Shown in pieces: positions 1 to 9,520 of a DNA stretch of 25,220 nucleotides. Origin of the DNA: a virus (Duplodnaviria > Caudoviricetes); the IMG/VR virus record IMGVR_UViG_3300027672_000082, positions 1 through 25,220 of that record. One strand, written 5' to 3'. Every line of letters begins with the position of its first letter. Position 1 is the stretch's first letter. A program made the position numbers and the translations under genes. Below the pieces are notes generated by a model that worked only from the letters and a program-made list of their open reading frames with translations, had not been told where the DNA came from and ran no database searches.

Positions 1-332
1 GTGCTTATGACGGTTTTGGTCGATGGAATAATCCCAACTATAAGTACCATAAAATATCAGATACAGGCGCCGCCCTAACACACTACACAGATGCATTTGC
101 AGCACCAAGATCCGGAGCGTTTTATTGGAATGCTCAACAAGATGCTAAAATAACCGTGAATGGTACTGGATTGGACTATTCAGGACAAGACGTGACAGAG
201 ACTTCGGGATTCGGTAACGATGATAGTATTAACGGGTTCTTTGATGAATGGCCTACAGCAATTAGTAATATGGGAGCTAATGCTCAACAAGATCATAGTT
301 CTGCAGTATGGGTTCTTATTAAGATGAGGTAA
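1..332 (+). CDS. 3' end of a convergent gene, possibly tail fibre/receptor-binding or other virion protein (partial)
   Basis: Frame 3 is open from the window edge to TAA at 330-332 (AYDGFGRWNNPNYK...SSAVWVLIKMR*), G/N/D/W-rich. It converges on the replication module at a bidirectional terminator, where T5 carries its tail-fibre genes. Not in the ORF track. Confidence 0.55.
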   Translation, partial: AYDGFGRWNNPNYKYHKISDTGAALTHYTDAFAAPRSGAFYWNAQQDAKITVNGTGLDYSGQDVTETSGFGNDDSINGFFDEWPTAISNMGANAQQDHSSAVWVLIKMR

Positions 333-333
333 T

Positions 334-360
334 AAAAAAGGGACTTTACAGTCCCTTTTT
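334..360. terminator. Bidirectional rho-independent terminator
   Basis: AAAAAAGGGACT-TTAC-AGTCCCTTTTT hairpin with A/T tracts on both sides, between convergent stops at 332 and 363. Confidence 0.9.
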
Positions 361-362
361 GT

Positions 363-602
363 CTAACTTACCTCTTCACCTTCAACAGGGGCTGGATTCT
401 CCAACTCCTCCTGTAGCAATCTCGTAAAGCCTTGAAGCCCTACTTCGATCTGGTCTGCTCTGGCACGAGCTTCGCTCTGCTGACGTTGCATATCCTGAGC
501 TTGGGCTACTAAATACTTCGCTTTCTCACTTAGGTCTGCTACGTTATACTCTTTATCATTCAAAGAGATGGTTTGTACTTCATTTTCAGTTACTTCAGTC
601 AT
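363..602 (-). CDS. Small coiled-coil hypothetical protein (DUF6447-like)
   Basis: 79 aa, TISLNDKEYNVADLSEKAK followed by a Q-rich helix; AGGA SD upstream. Family resemblance is from memory. Confidence 0.6.
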   Translation of the reverse strand: MTEVTENEVQTISLNDKEYNVADLSEKAKYLVAQAQDMQRQQSEARARADQIEVGLQGFTRLLQEELENPAPVEGEEVS

Positions 603-618
603 TATAATGTCCTATTGT

Positions 619-2496
619 TTACAGTATGTCACAGCCACCGCCTGTACAGGCAAGTTCTTGTGATCCGGTTGTATTATCCTCTTTCTCAAATTGAGCAAGG
701 TCTTCCCATTTTACATTAGTAGGCATGGCAGCCTTTAGTTTCTCATACATCTCTGCAGAAATGTCTTCATAAGGTGCTTGTTGATAAACGTGATCACTCA
801 CTGGCAACAGGCTAATTCCCGAGCATATATCAAAGTTTTCCCAAATCCATTGAGCAACTTGTAAATATTCGCTATCGGTATAGTACACAGTCACACTAGG
901 TTTATGTTCACACCAGTGATTCTGATACGCTTTCCAAAGAGCCAACTGTTCCATAGCTCCTACTTGTTTAACTGTTGTACTGTCTTCCGGGGCTTTCACT
1001 GGAAAACTAAACACTACAGTACTATCATTCATTACATCTTTTTCTACTGGGAATCCTGCTTGCTCCATGTAGAGTGCAAGTGGGTCTTTTTTGTCAGAAC
1101 GAACGCGCCTAATATAATGCTTACTAAAGCGGGGATGGATGCCACTAGCAGAATCAACAAGCTGACTAACAGTGCCGCTAGGTTTAACACAAGTAATAGC
1201 TGCAGACTGAGCAACGCCAAGCTTTGCAGCCCATTCTTTATTGGTTTCAACTGATACATCTCTCATTTCCTCTAGCCATACCGCTAACTCAGGAGAATCC
1301 TTTCCTAGCATAGCATGGTCCATTATGCCTGTTAGACTTACGCCCAACAAAGCCTCTTCTTCAGTATTACGCTTCCAACGTACTCGTAGGTATCTAAAGT
1401 CTGTTAAGCTAGACTGTAGGGTTCCAATAATAGTTGCTATACGCACTTTCTTCTTTAAGGACTCTAAATCATCCTCTGCTCGTACTACTACTTCTGACAA
1501 GTTACAAAACTCATTGCTTCTAAGAATAATCTCAGAACATGGGTTAGTACCAAAGTCATAAGTTGCATCTCTACGACCATTCCGCGCTGCTATCTTTTGT
1601 GCTGCTACTCGACTAAAGATACCGCGCTCGCCTGCTTTAGATTCATACAGGTTCTTCATTTCTGTTAAGAACGCTTCAAAATCTGGCTTCTCAGTATACG
1701 CTACTGAGTTGTTAGCTAAGCGACGTTGTCCTTCATTTCTCCACCAATCTCCAGACTTAGCTTTTGACATACGTTGATCTGATAAGTTAGACAAACTAAT
1801 GAGAGCAGAACGGCGTACACCACCTACTACTACAATATCTGCAATCTTACAGCATACATCATGACACTCTATACTGGTTAACTTTCGTCCTGCTGATTTG
1901 GTAAAGATACCAACGCAGAAGTTAAACAGGTCTACTAAAGGCTCTGGACCACTAGCTCGACCACCAAAGGTCTTAAGTCTAGCGCCTGCTGGCCTTACTC
2001 GGCTCATGTCCCATTGAGGTAATTTACCTGCATAAAGCATGGCAATCAACTCACGGAAGGCACTTGCCCATCCTAGCTTACTATCGCTAACTACAATAGT
2101 AGAGCTTGTCTTGTGAAAAGTTTCTGCTACTTCTGGTAGTTTAGCTATGAAATTACGTTCAACACTAAAACCTACTCCAGTTCCGCACATAAGAACATAC
2201 ATAAGCTCGTCAAAAGCTCGTGGATGATCAATGTGTAGATAGCTACAGTTAAACCCTGCTACGTTGTCTCTTTTGAGTGCTTCACCCGCTGTCATCATAC
2301 AACGCATAGAAGGCATTACTTCCATGTCGTGAATAGCATTCCAGACCTCTGCACCATCTTCATCATTCAACTGCTCTCTTTCTTTCCAGAAATCTACATA
2401 TCTGGTTACAGTCTCTTCCCAAGTTTCCCTGCGATTCTCTGTGTCTAGCCAACGAGCATATCGACTCTTGTGAATAAAACTTTGATACTGATCCAT
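619..2496 (-). CDS. nrdJ: Class II (adenosylcobalamin-dependent) ribonucleotide reductase
   Basis: FNCS, VVVGGVRRSA, active-site TNPCSEI, CNL, CVKPSGTVS and C-terminal redox tail LACTGGGC; no beta subunit adjacent. Confidence 0.9.
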   Translation of the reverse strand: MDQYQSFIHKSRYARWLDTENRRETWEETVTRYVDFWKEREQLNDEDGAEVWNAIHDMEVMPSMRCMMTAGEALKRDNVAGFNCSYLHIDHPRAFDELMYVLMCGTGVGFSVERNFIAKLPEVAETFHKTSSTIVVSDSKLGWASAFRELIAMLYAGKLPQWDMSRVRPAGARLKTFGGRASGPEPLVDLFNFCVGIFTKSAGRKLTSIECHDVCCKIADIVVVGGVRRSALISLSNLSDQRMSKAKSGDWWRNEGQRRLANNSVAYTEKPDFEAFLTEMKNLYESKAGERGIFSRVAAQKIAARNGRRDATYDFGTNPCSEIILRSNEFCNLSEVVVRAEDDLESLKKKVRIATIIGTLQSSLTDFRYLRVRWKRNTEEEALLGVSLTGIMDHAMLGKDSPELAVWLEEMRDVSVETNKEWAAKLGVAQSAAITCVKPSGTVSQLVDSASGIHPRFSKHYIRRVRSDKKDPLALYMEQAGFPVEKDVMNDSTVVFSFPVKAPEDSTTVKQVGAMEQLALWKAYQNHWCEHKPSVTVYYTDSEYLQVAQWIWENFDICSGISLLPVSDHVYQQAPYEDISAEMYEKLKAAMPTNVKWEDLAQFEKEDNTTGSQELACTGGGCDIL

Positions 2497-3326
2497 TATA
2501 CCATTCTCTCCTGAATATCGGACACATTGTCCTTGCCTATTGCATCATCGCAATATGTTACTAAGTCCATCAACTCATAATTCTTTAGTAGAACCTCTGC
2601 ATTTAAATTCAACTCTTGTATATACTTATAGTGTCCCTCTATAGGAACATTATCATATATAGTCATTGCATCTCCATACATATTTATAAGCTGCTCAGCC
2701 CTCTTCGGACCTATACCAGTGATACCAGGAACATTGTCTCCTTTATCGCCAGTTAAACACTTAAAAGAGATATACTCTTCTGGAGTTACATTGTAGTGTT
2801 CACTCCAATTATCTATTGTAACTTCTTTACGAGTAACGTAAGAAAACCTACTTACGCCTTCTTGAATTAGCAAATCCCAATCTCTATCACTTGATAGTAA
2901 CCAGATATCTTCTAATCCATACTGCTCTTTTTGTTTTACGAGGTGGGCAGCAAGATCATCTGCCTCTACACCTTGATAACGTAAAACTTGATAAGACTCT
3001 GCTAGTAACTCTAAAGTCTCCTCATACTCCTCGAAGAAGTCTGTAAATGCTTGCTTCTCTTCTTCGGTCTGTGTGGCATATTTGTCTTTTCGATTCTGCT
3101 TATACTCAGGCAGTATCTCTTTTCTATAACTAGAAGATCCCCAGTCAGCAGTAATAATAATATTACTACACTTGTAGGATTGTGCTAAAGAGCGTACTGT
3201 CTGTAAATAATCATGTCTAAAGTCTGTTCTGCCTTGATGCTTCCAACGAAACGCTAAATTGAGCGCATCAACAATAAGGGTACGACCCTTCTTTCCTGCC
3301 GTTGCTTCATTAAAACTAAAAGCCAC
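2496..3326 (-). CDS. D15: 5'-3' exonuclease/flap endonuclease (T5 D15-like)
   Basis: IVDALNLAFR, YKQNR, GVEADD, SSDRDW, GDKGDNVPGITGIGPKRA (H3TH motif). Confidence 0.92.
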   Translation of the reverse strand: MAFSFNEATAGKKGRTLIVDALNLAFRWKHQGRTDFRHDYLQTVRSLAQSYKCSNIIITADWGSSSYRKEILPEYKQNRKDKYATQTEEEKQAFTDFFEEYEETLELLAESYQVLRYQGVEADDLAAHLVKQKEQYGLEDIWLLSSDRDWDLLIQEGVSRFSYVTRKEVTIDNWSEHYNVTPEEYISFKCLTGDKGDNVPGITGIGPKRAEQLINMYGDAMTIYDNVPIEGHYKYIQELNLNAEVLLKNYELMDLVTYCDDAIGKDNVSDIQERMV

Positions 3327-3762
3327 CGATCCACTCCACTGTCTCTACTTCTAACCAATCCTCTGCTAGTAACACATAGCAGTTTAGAAACGCAATGTAC
3401 AAGAAGTGCTGTGTGTTAGCAGGCTTCATTTCAGTACATACAAATACTTTTGATCGATCATATTTAAAAAATAGCATAGGCTTTTGATCGCCTCCTGCCG
3501 CTTGTATTACTACTTTCTTCCACCAACGAATAAGGTTATTCGTCTTAGGTTGGGTAAATATCTTATCTCCTAAGGGAGAGTCTTTATAATTCTTGACTTC
3601 GATACAGAAATGATTTCTCTGATTGGGAACATATAAATCCCCTTTCAAATACTCAAGAGCCCCCGAAGCGGGGACTCTCTCGAACTTTAATCCTGTAGTC
3701 TGTCGAAGCATATCTCTCACTAGGTACTCACCTCTTGCACCTTTTGCTCTTGAGTCTACCAT
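3316..3762 (-). CDS. D14: T5 D14-like PD-(D/E)XK endonuclease (Holliday junction resolvase-like)
   Basis: SRAKGARGE...RVPASGA...GDL...IEVKN; synteny with T5. Confidence 0.85.
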   Translation of the reverse strand: MVDSRAKGARGEYLVRDMLRQTTGLKFERVPASGALEYLKGDLYVPNQRNHFCIEVKNYKDSPLGDKIFTQPKTNNLIRWWKKVVIQAAGGDQKPMLFFKYDRSKVFVCTEMKPANTQHFLYIAFLNCYVLLAEDWLEVETVEWIGGF

Positions 3763-3771
3763 GTTCTTTCC

Positions 3772-5565
3772 TTATTCTAAACCACTAACGTTTCCGTTCT
3801 TAACGACTTCAATCTTCTCTAGTAGAGGATGCGTCCAACCGTGAGATACTATGTAAGTGTTTAAATCTTCCCCTAATAGTACTTCTACCATCTTCTCTCG
3901 TCCTGCATCATCGAGAACATTAATAACTTCGTCTAAAAATAATACATTAATTCTTGACTTTGAAATACTACTCATTAACTTACGAATTGCTATGAGAGTA
4001 GCAGTGTTTACCCTGGCGAGTTCCCCTGAAGAAAGTGCTAGAATATCTACTATGTTTCCATTGTCGGTTATTTGCACATTGAGCTTGTCATTTGAAACGA
4101 TAAACTCTAGTGTGAATCGACCGTCTGAAAGCTCTGCAAGGTATTCATTTGCAAGTTCTTCCAACTCTTTTACAAGGTTCTCGATCTTATATGCAAGAAG
4201 TCCATTTGTGCTAAAAGACTTCTTAAGTACTTCTAAGTTAGAATCCAGTTTATTCTGTACTGCTAACTCTTTCTGACATTCCTCTAATTGTGCAAGAAAA
4301 GCGTCAGTCTGTTCTTGTATTACTTGGATTCGGGTGTTGCTGCGCGTTCTCTTTTCATTCTCGCTGTAGATCTGCGCTCGTTCACTCTTAGATAATTGTA
4401 TTCTATCTTGAAGGCCAAATATCCTGTTATCAAGCTCTCTCTTATCAACTGCATATACCTGTAACTTTGTGTCAACAGATCTATACAAACTCTCCCAATC
4501 CTGTCTAGCTTTTTCATTAAGTGTAAATACACAGTTGTCCTCCTTAATTTTCTGTAGTTGAGGTTTAATCTCATTTATTTTATCAACTGCTTCCACACGT
4601 TCTGCGGTAGCGTCAGCCACCAGCTTCAACTCTGCGGAAATATCAATAGGTTGATTACAAGTAGGGCACTCTTCCTTAATTGATTCTAATTTTTTTAAAG
4701 TTCGCGTTGCACCCGTAGCGACTGCCTGCCAATTACCTAACTCAATTTGTAACCGTTCAGATGATTGTAAAGCTGTTATAGGAGAAGCTTGTATTGCTCC
4801 TATATCTATACCTTGTAACAACGACTTGTATGTATTATTTGCTGAGATTTTTTTATTTATATCAGAGATATTTTCAAGTTCTACCATTAAAGAACGTAAC
4901 TCTTTCTCATCTTTAGATGTATCAATATCTAAATCTAACAGAGGTAGTATATTGGTATCACTCAATTTATTATCTTGAAGCCATTTTTCTATAGTTGCTA
5001 ACTTAGAGGCTATACCCGTAGTCTGCAAAGTAACGCTCTTTGAAGCATCTTTAAATATTTCAAACAACTCAACGTATCTCTCTAGGTGTAATAGATCTAT
5101 AAGAAACTTCTTTCGGTTAGCATCAGTAGCAGTAAGAAACTGCAAACTTGCATTAGTATTTTGATATACTAGCTGAGAGAAGGTTTTAAAGTCAACCCCT
5201 ATTACTTCTTGAATACTCTTATATGTATTAGTCGCAGTATGACTAGAGATATCCTCTCCATTCTTCTGAAACTTTACTTTAATACTTGACTTGCGTTGAA
5301 TTATAACGTCATACCTATCATCATCTTTTGTGAAAGTCAATGAGATATTATAACCATCATTTACATAACGATTTGGTATGTCGGCTTTCTTGATACCCTT
5401 AGAGTTCTTATTAAACAAAGCCTCTTCAATGATTAACGGTATAGAAGATTTTCCCATACCGTTAGTACCAATGATCTGTGTCACTGTATTATCATCAAGC
5501 TGTAACTTATTACCAGAACCGTAGCTAAAACAGTTATCCCATGTCAGAGTTTGTAACGTAATCAT
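3772..5565 (-). CDS. D13: SbcC/Rad50-like recombination ATPase (T5 D13-like)
   Basis: Walker A GTNGMGKSS, zinc hook CPTC within coiled coil, signature LSSGE, Walker B LFLDE, H-loop VSH. Confidence 0.92.
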   Translation of the reverse strand: MITLQTLTWDNCFSYGSGNKLQLDDNTVTQIIGTNGMGKSSIPLIIEEALFNKNSKGIKKADIPNRYVNDGYNISLTFTKDDDRYDVIIQRKSSIKVKFQKNGEDISSHTATNTYKSIQEVIGVDFKTFSQLVYQNTNASLQFLTATDANRKKFLIDLLHLERYVELFEIFKDASKSVTLQTTGIASKLATIEKWLQDNKLSDTNILPLLDLDIDTSKDEKELRSLMVELENISDINKKISANNTYKSLLQGIDIGAIQASPITALQSSERLQIELGNWQAVATGATRTLKKLESIKEECPTCNQPIDISAELKLVADATAERVEAVDKINEIKPQLQKIKEDNCVFTLNEKARQDWESLYRSVDTKLQVYAVDKRELDNRIFGLQDRIQLSKSERAQIYSENEKRTRSNTRIQVIQEQTDAFLAQLEECQKELAVQNKLDSNLEVLKKSFSTNGLLAYKIENLVKELEELANEYLAELSDGRFTLEFIVSNDKLNVQITDNGNIVDILALSSGELARVNTATLIAIRKLMSSISKSRINVLFLDEVINVLDDAGREKMVEVLLGEDLNTYIVSHGWTHPLLEKIEVVKNGNVSGLE

Positions 5566-6493
5566 TATAAGTCCCTAGTATGTCTGGTATTTTATCTTCT
5601 GAAATCTCTAAAATATAGGATAGATACTCTACTAATTCTTCCTCAAGAGTCATATCTTTGTCTATAATTAGAGCCGCTTCTGACTTTCGTATTACTACTT
5701 TCTTATCCAGTAAGTCAGTATTCTTAATCCCTGCTAGATCTTGTATATCACCTTGTATCTCATATATAGTATGATCAAAATCAGTGGCTACCATATCTGC
5801 TGGGTCTGATACTGTCTTGCGTATAAGCTGTGGAAGTTTAAACTCTTCCCACATCCAGCTCCAATCTCCTTCGTTAATCAATAGATACCCGGTCTTTACC
5901 TTTGCTCTATGAAATGAAGTAGTCATTGGACTACCTGGATATACGATGTTGCGTTGTGTATTACTATGTGCGTGTAAGTCTCCTGCAAATACTACAGGGA
6001 AATCTGCTAGTAAGTCTAGGTTTATCTCAGGTTTAACATGGGGAGGTATCTCGCCACGAACATGAGTAAATAAAGGCATTCTAGTATCAAAATGGTCTAT
6101 GCTTCCCTTACGATGTAAGTCTGCATAGGGCAGTATGCCGTACCCTAAATCTTCATCAATATATGATATATCTACTATATTAATCAGAGGGTTTATATCT
6201 CTAGAAACCTGCTTTAACTGAGTAAAGAATGTCTTATTCTTCTTAGTCGCTTCGTGGTTTCCATCATATATAATGGTTGGAATCCCTACTTTCCGAATAA
6301 ACGAAAAGTAGAGTTCCAGCTCTTCCATGTTAGGAAGACGATCAAATAGATCGCCTCCTATTATATGCATACTACATTGCTTTTCTAACTCGTAAACTTG
6401 TTCAAAGAACATCTGATAACGGTTGAGTGCCCACTTGACTGGGACGTTCTTCTGCCCCAGCTTTAAGTGCCAGTCTGCCGTATATAAGATCAT
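5534..6493 (-). CDS. D12: SbcD/Mre11-like metallophosphoesterase nuclease (T5 D12-like)
   Basis: DWH, GGDLFD, GNHE, GDLH and YPGSP motifs. Confidence 0.92.
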   Translation of the reverse strand: MILYTADWHLKLGQKNVPVKWALNRYQMFFEQVYELEKQCSMHIIGGDLFDRLPNMEELELYFSFIRKVGIPTIIYDGNHEATKKNKTFFTQLKQVSRDINPLINIVDISYIDEDLGYGILPYADLHRKGSIDHFDTRMPLFTHVRGEIPPHVKPEINLDLLADFPVVFAGDLHAHSNTQRNIVYPGSPMTTSFHRAKVKTGYLLINEGDWSWMWEEFKLPQLIRKTVSDPADMVATDFDHTIYEIQGDIQDLAGIKNTDLLDKKVVIRKSEAALIIDKDMTLEEELVEYLSYILEISEDKIPDILGTYNDYVTNSDMG

Positions 6494-7161
6494 GCTGCAT
6501 CTAACTTAAAAGTGTCTTTCGCTATAATAGAAGTAATAACATTATACCCATCAAAGTCTTCAGGAGGCTGAGTATGGTTTTTACGGTCATTAACCCCAAA
6601 GTGTTTGTTATCAGTAAATTTAGGCCTGAGCTTTCTTTTTACTGTTTCTACACTTTCTACTTTTCTATACATTAAGCTGGACTGCCCCGCAGTTGGAATA
6701 GCATACAGTACAGTTACATCCGGATTATTATACTTATAGTCTATAATAGCGAATCGAGCACTATTATAGATGTACTGAGGTCTATGTTGACTAAGGTCAT
6801 AGTCTCTCCACTTTATGTAAATATCACCATCTTCGTCCTCAAGTTGAGGATTTTGATCGCTATCTGGTTGCCATCTATTATCGTGCATAATCCACTTAGT
6901 TCTATATCCTGCTAGTTTGTAGTCCTCGTTTCGCTCTGTCCAATCTTTAGCGATATTTTTTGATTTTTGCACTTCAACAATTAACTTCAATTCTGGAATT
7001 ACAATATCTGCGCGCCGCCAGCTTTTGTATCCTCCGGCAGTTGGAATACGAGTTTCTGTAGTTACAACGTATCCTTGCTTTTCAAAGTCTTTTGCTAAAT
7101 GAGCTTGAGTTGTGTTGTGCCAGTCTTTAAAATCTATACTGCCTATATTTTTGTTAATCAT
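6490..7161 (-). CDS. CoiA-like PD-(D/E)XK nuclease (inserted gene)
   Basis: WH..Q...E..I...RRADIV...IVEVQKS...ER..DY...GY..KWI pattern typical of CoiA-family nuclease domains; ATGA overlaps with both neighbours. Confidence 0.65.
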   Translation of the reverse strand: MINKNIGSIDFKDWHNTTQAHLAKDFEKQGYVVTTETRIPTAGGYKSWRRADIVIPELKLIVEVQKSKNIAKDWTERNEDYKLAGYRTKWIMHDNRWQPDSDQNPQLEDEDGDIYIKWRDYDLSQHRPQYIYNSARFAIIDYKYNNPDVTVLYAIPTAGQSSLMYRKVESVETVKRKLRPKFTDNKHFGVNDRKNHTQPPEDFDGYNVITSIIAKDTFKLDAA

Positions 7162-7790
7162 CCTACACTAAACTCCGCTTCTAGTGTTTCGTCATCGTTA
7201 TCTTGTCCAGCGTTACGAACACGATCAAGAAGTTCTTTCTGTGCATCAGCAGTTGGGCGAGGCATAACTTCATCCATAGACTTGATATCAGAGATAAGTT
7301 CTAATTCTGCTTCTGTAAGAGCACGTACTTTACACTTCAATGCTTGTAGTTGATACTCAACATTGTAAGGTAATGGACCGGTCTTGACTCGTTTGAAACA
7401 AACGTCCCAACCAGTATCGCTATCGGTAGGATCACCAAGATCTTCAGCAGCAGTAATTGTCTGCTCCCATAGCTTCTTCTTTAGGTTTGCTACTTTCAGC
7501 TTACCATCGTTAGGGTCGATAACTTGACAAGCATAGCTCCAACCACATTTAAGGTCAGGGTAGTACTCTCTAACCCAGTCTTGTTCTTTATTAGTAAAAC
7601 GTTCGGCATTACGGTCAAAAGAAAGACATTCTAAAGGAATGTTCTTGCCGTTTTCGCCTTCAATCCAGTAGACGTACCGAGCAAGGATGTCACCTACGAT
7701 GCGCATCTTGTTGTCGCCGTCTTTGTATTGAAATGTATTGATTGATGATTTTTGGGCAGAGCCCTTTTGTTGATTAAATGAAATTGCCAT
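7158..7790 (-). CDS. D11: Putative ssDNA-binding protein (T5 D11-like)
   Basis: RYVYWI, PLECLSFDR, LKKKLWEQ, GDPTD..TGWD, KTGPLPYNVEY; acidic C-terminal tail; synteny. Confidence 0.85.
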   Translation of the reverse strand: MAISFNQQKGSAQKSSINTFQYKDGDNKMRIVGDILARYVYWIEGENGKNIPLECLSFDRNAERFTNKEQDWVREYYPDLKCGWSYACQVIDPNDGKLKVANLKKKLWEQTITAAEDLGDPTDSDTGWDVCFKRVKTGPLPYNVEYQLQALKCKVRALTEAELELISDIKSMDEVMPRPTADAQKELLDRVRNAGQDNDDETLEAEFSVG

Positions 7791-8191
7791 TAGTGTATAT
7801 TCTCCGGTGTGACTTCTTCATATAGAAAATGAATATCTCCACCTTCTATTCTCAGTAGCCTATTGTCTGTGATTGATTCTAAATCTACGGGTAAATGTAT
7901 TAGATCTAGTGTGATTTTTCGTGATACCATATAGTCTGGTAGGCTTCTTATCGAAGCTAACGCATAGTATATGGATATATCACGAGTTGAGTACTTATAG
8001 GAATGGTATAGAAGGACATCAGGATGCAGCAAGAAGCTGTGTCCAGAAAAGTCCCTCCGAGAAAATTTATAGATACGGTCGTACTTATTCTTAGGGGTCT
8101 GCTTATAAATAAGCATTTCCATAATCATATTACACCGAGAGACGTTACCCTCTGCCGAATCGTACACCTTCTGCCAGTCAAATAAGAACAT
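7790..8191 (-). CDS. Conserved T5-like hypothetical protein between D10 and D11
   Basis: 133 aa ORF, FSGHSFLLHP...Y.ALASIR...IHFLYEE; syntenic position. Confidence 0.65.
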   Translation of the reverse strand: MFLFDWQKVYDSAEGNVSRCNMIMEMLIYKQTPKNKYDRIYKFSRRDFSGHSFLLHPDVLLYHSYKYSTRDISIYYALASIRSLPDYMVSRKITLDLIHLPVDLESITDNRLLRIEGGDIHFLYEEVTPENIH

Positions 8192-8192
8192 T

Positions 8193-8227
8193 ATTATACT
8201 CTAAAATTAGATAATTGTCAAGAACTT
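8193..8227 (-). promoter_or_regulatory. sigma70 promoter
   Basis: aagttcTTGACA-17 bp-TATAAT with upstream A-tract. Confidence 0.8.
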
Positions 8228-8232
8228 TTTTT

Positions 8233-9519
8233 TCAAAGGTATTTCATGTGCCAACCCTGCTTCATATAGAATCCAACCCTATTGGAGGCTTGCTTTCTTG
8301 CAGTGTTGCCCTTTAGGTGTATGTCTATAATAACTGGATCAATCTTACCTTCTTTCTTTCTTATAACCCTTCCCACAAGCTGAGTGAGTAAAGGCTCATT
8401 ATTTACAGGAGTTCCCAGTATTAAACAACTTAGTGTATCTACTGATATACCTTCAGAGAAAATAGCCTGGGTTCCGTACAATACGTTCTTATTGCCCGTA
8501 AGTATCTCCTCTACTAGCACCTCTCTCTGTTCATGAGATACTTCTCCTGTAACACATACCGCCCTATCTCCAGTAAGTTCTGCACAAGCTTTTAGAAAGG
8601 CTACTCGGTCACTTACTACTAAGACCTTATGCCCTTTTGCAGCGTAGGCTGCCGCTAGCATTGATACTGTATGACGGTATTCTTCATCGTTTGATAACTT
8701 AGTAACTCTATTTGCCCACGGTATCTTAGCTCCATCCATGAAACGAATCTCAGAATTAATTAAGTGTACACTAGGAGTCATGTAATTCTCCTTTGGTGGT
8801 TGGAACAGAGTATTACCAAAGTAATCTCTAAATACTACATGCTTTCCATCTTTTCTTTCTATTGTACCTGACAAGCCTATCTTGTAACGACAATGATTTG
8901 TATCAAGTATTTTAGAAAAGGTCGGACTACTAACATGATGCATTTCGTCTAGTATGATAGTGCCAAACTCTTTACGAATCTTTTCTAGATTTCGGTATAG
9001 AGTCTGTGTATTCCCTATCACGATAGGAGCATCAAGTTCAAAGCGCCCACTGCCTATGATGCCAGGTTCAAAACCATAGACTTTCTTTACTTCCTTTGCC
9101 CATTGATTACGCAGAGGGACGGTATGGGTAACAACAAGTGTTTTCTGACCTAACTTACCAGCTATTGCAAGACCTGTAAAAGTCTTACCCCAACTGACCC
9201 AAGCGTTAATTATAGCGTTGTCTTCGATCTCATCGTACACCTTCTTCTGACTATCACGGAGTTCAAACATAAACTCAGGAAAGTCCTCGGGCTTTTTTAA
9301 ACGCTTATCAATTATATCGTAATTGGACGGTATCAAATCTATACGCCCTACAGGTAAGGAAATCAAACCTGTGCGAATAAGCCCCATGTTCTTAATCATT
9401 TGAGGTGGATCAAGTGGGTTGTGTGTAGGAATCGCATACGTTAGTTCTTTATCGATCTCACGTTGGAGTTCGGGAGTGCAATCCATATAGATTCTATTAC
9501 TTATTACTGCTTTAGCCAT
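8233..9519 (-). CDS. D10: Superfamily 2 helicase (T5 D10/UvsW-like)
   Basis: Walker A variant WGKT, DEMH box, GLSGT, QLVGRVIR; start revised to MAKAVISNRIY at 9519. Confidence 0.9.
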   Translation of the reverse strand: MAKAVISNRIYMDCTPELQREIDKELTYAIPTHNPLDPPQMIKNMGLIRTGLISLPVGRIDLIPSNYDIIDKRLKKPEDFPEFMFELRDSQKKVYDEIEDNAIINAWVSWGKTFTGLAIAGKLGQKTLVVTHTVPLRNQWAKEVKKVYGFEPGIIGSGRFELDAPIVIGNTQTLYRNLEKIRKEFGTIILDEMHHVSSPTFSKILDTNHCRYKIGLSGTIERKDGKHVVFRDYFGNTLFQPPKENYMTPSVHLINSEIRFMDGAKIPWANRVTKLSNDEEYRHTVSMLAAAYAAKGHKVLVVSDRVAFLKACAELTGDRAVCVTGEVSHEQREVLVEEILTGNKNVLYGTQAIFSEGISVDTLSCLILGTPVNNEPLLTQLVGRVIRKKEGKIDPVIIDIHLKGNTARKQASNRVGFYMKQGWHMKYL

Positions 9520-9520
9520 A

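Noticed and set aside
1-332. Possible diversity-generating retroelement target
   Set aside because: No template repeat or reverse transcriptase in the window; the only repeat is 15 nt and exact
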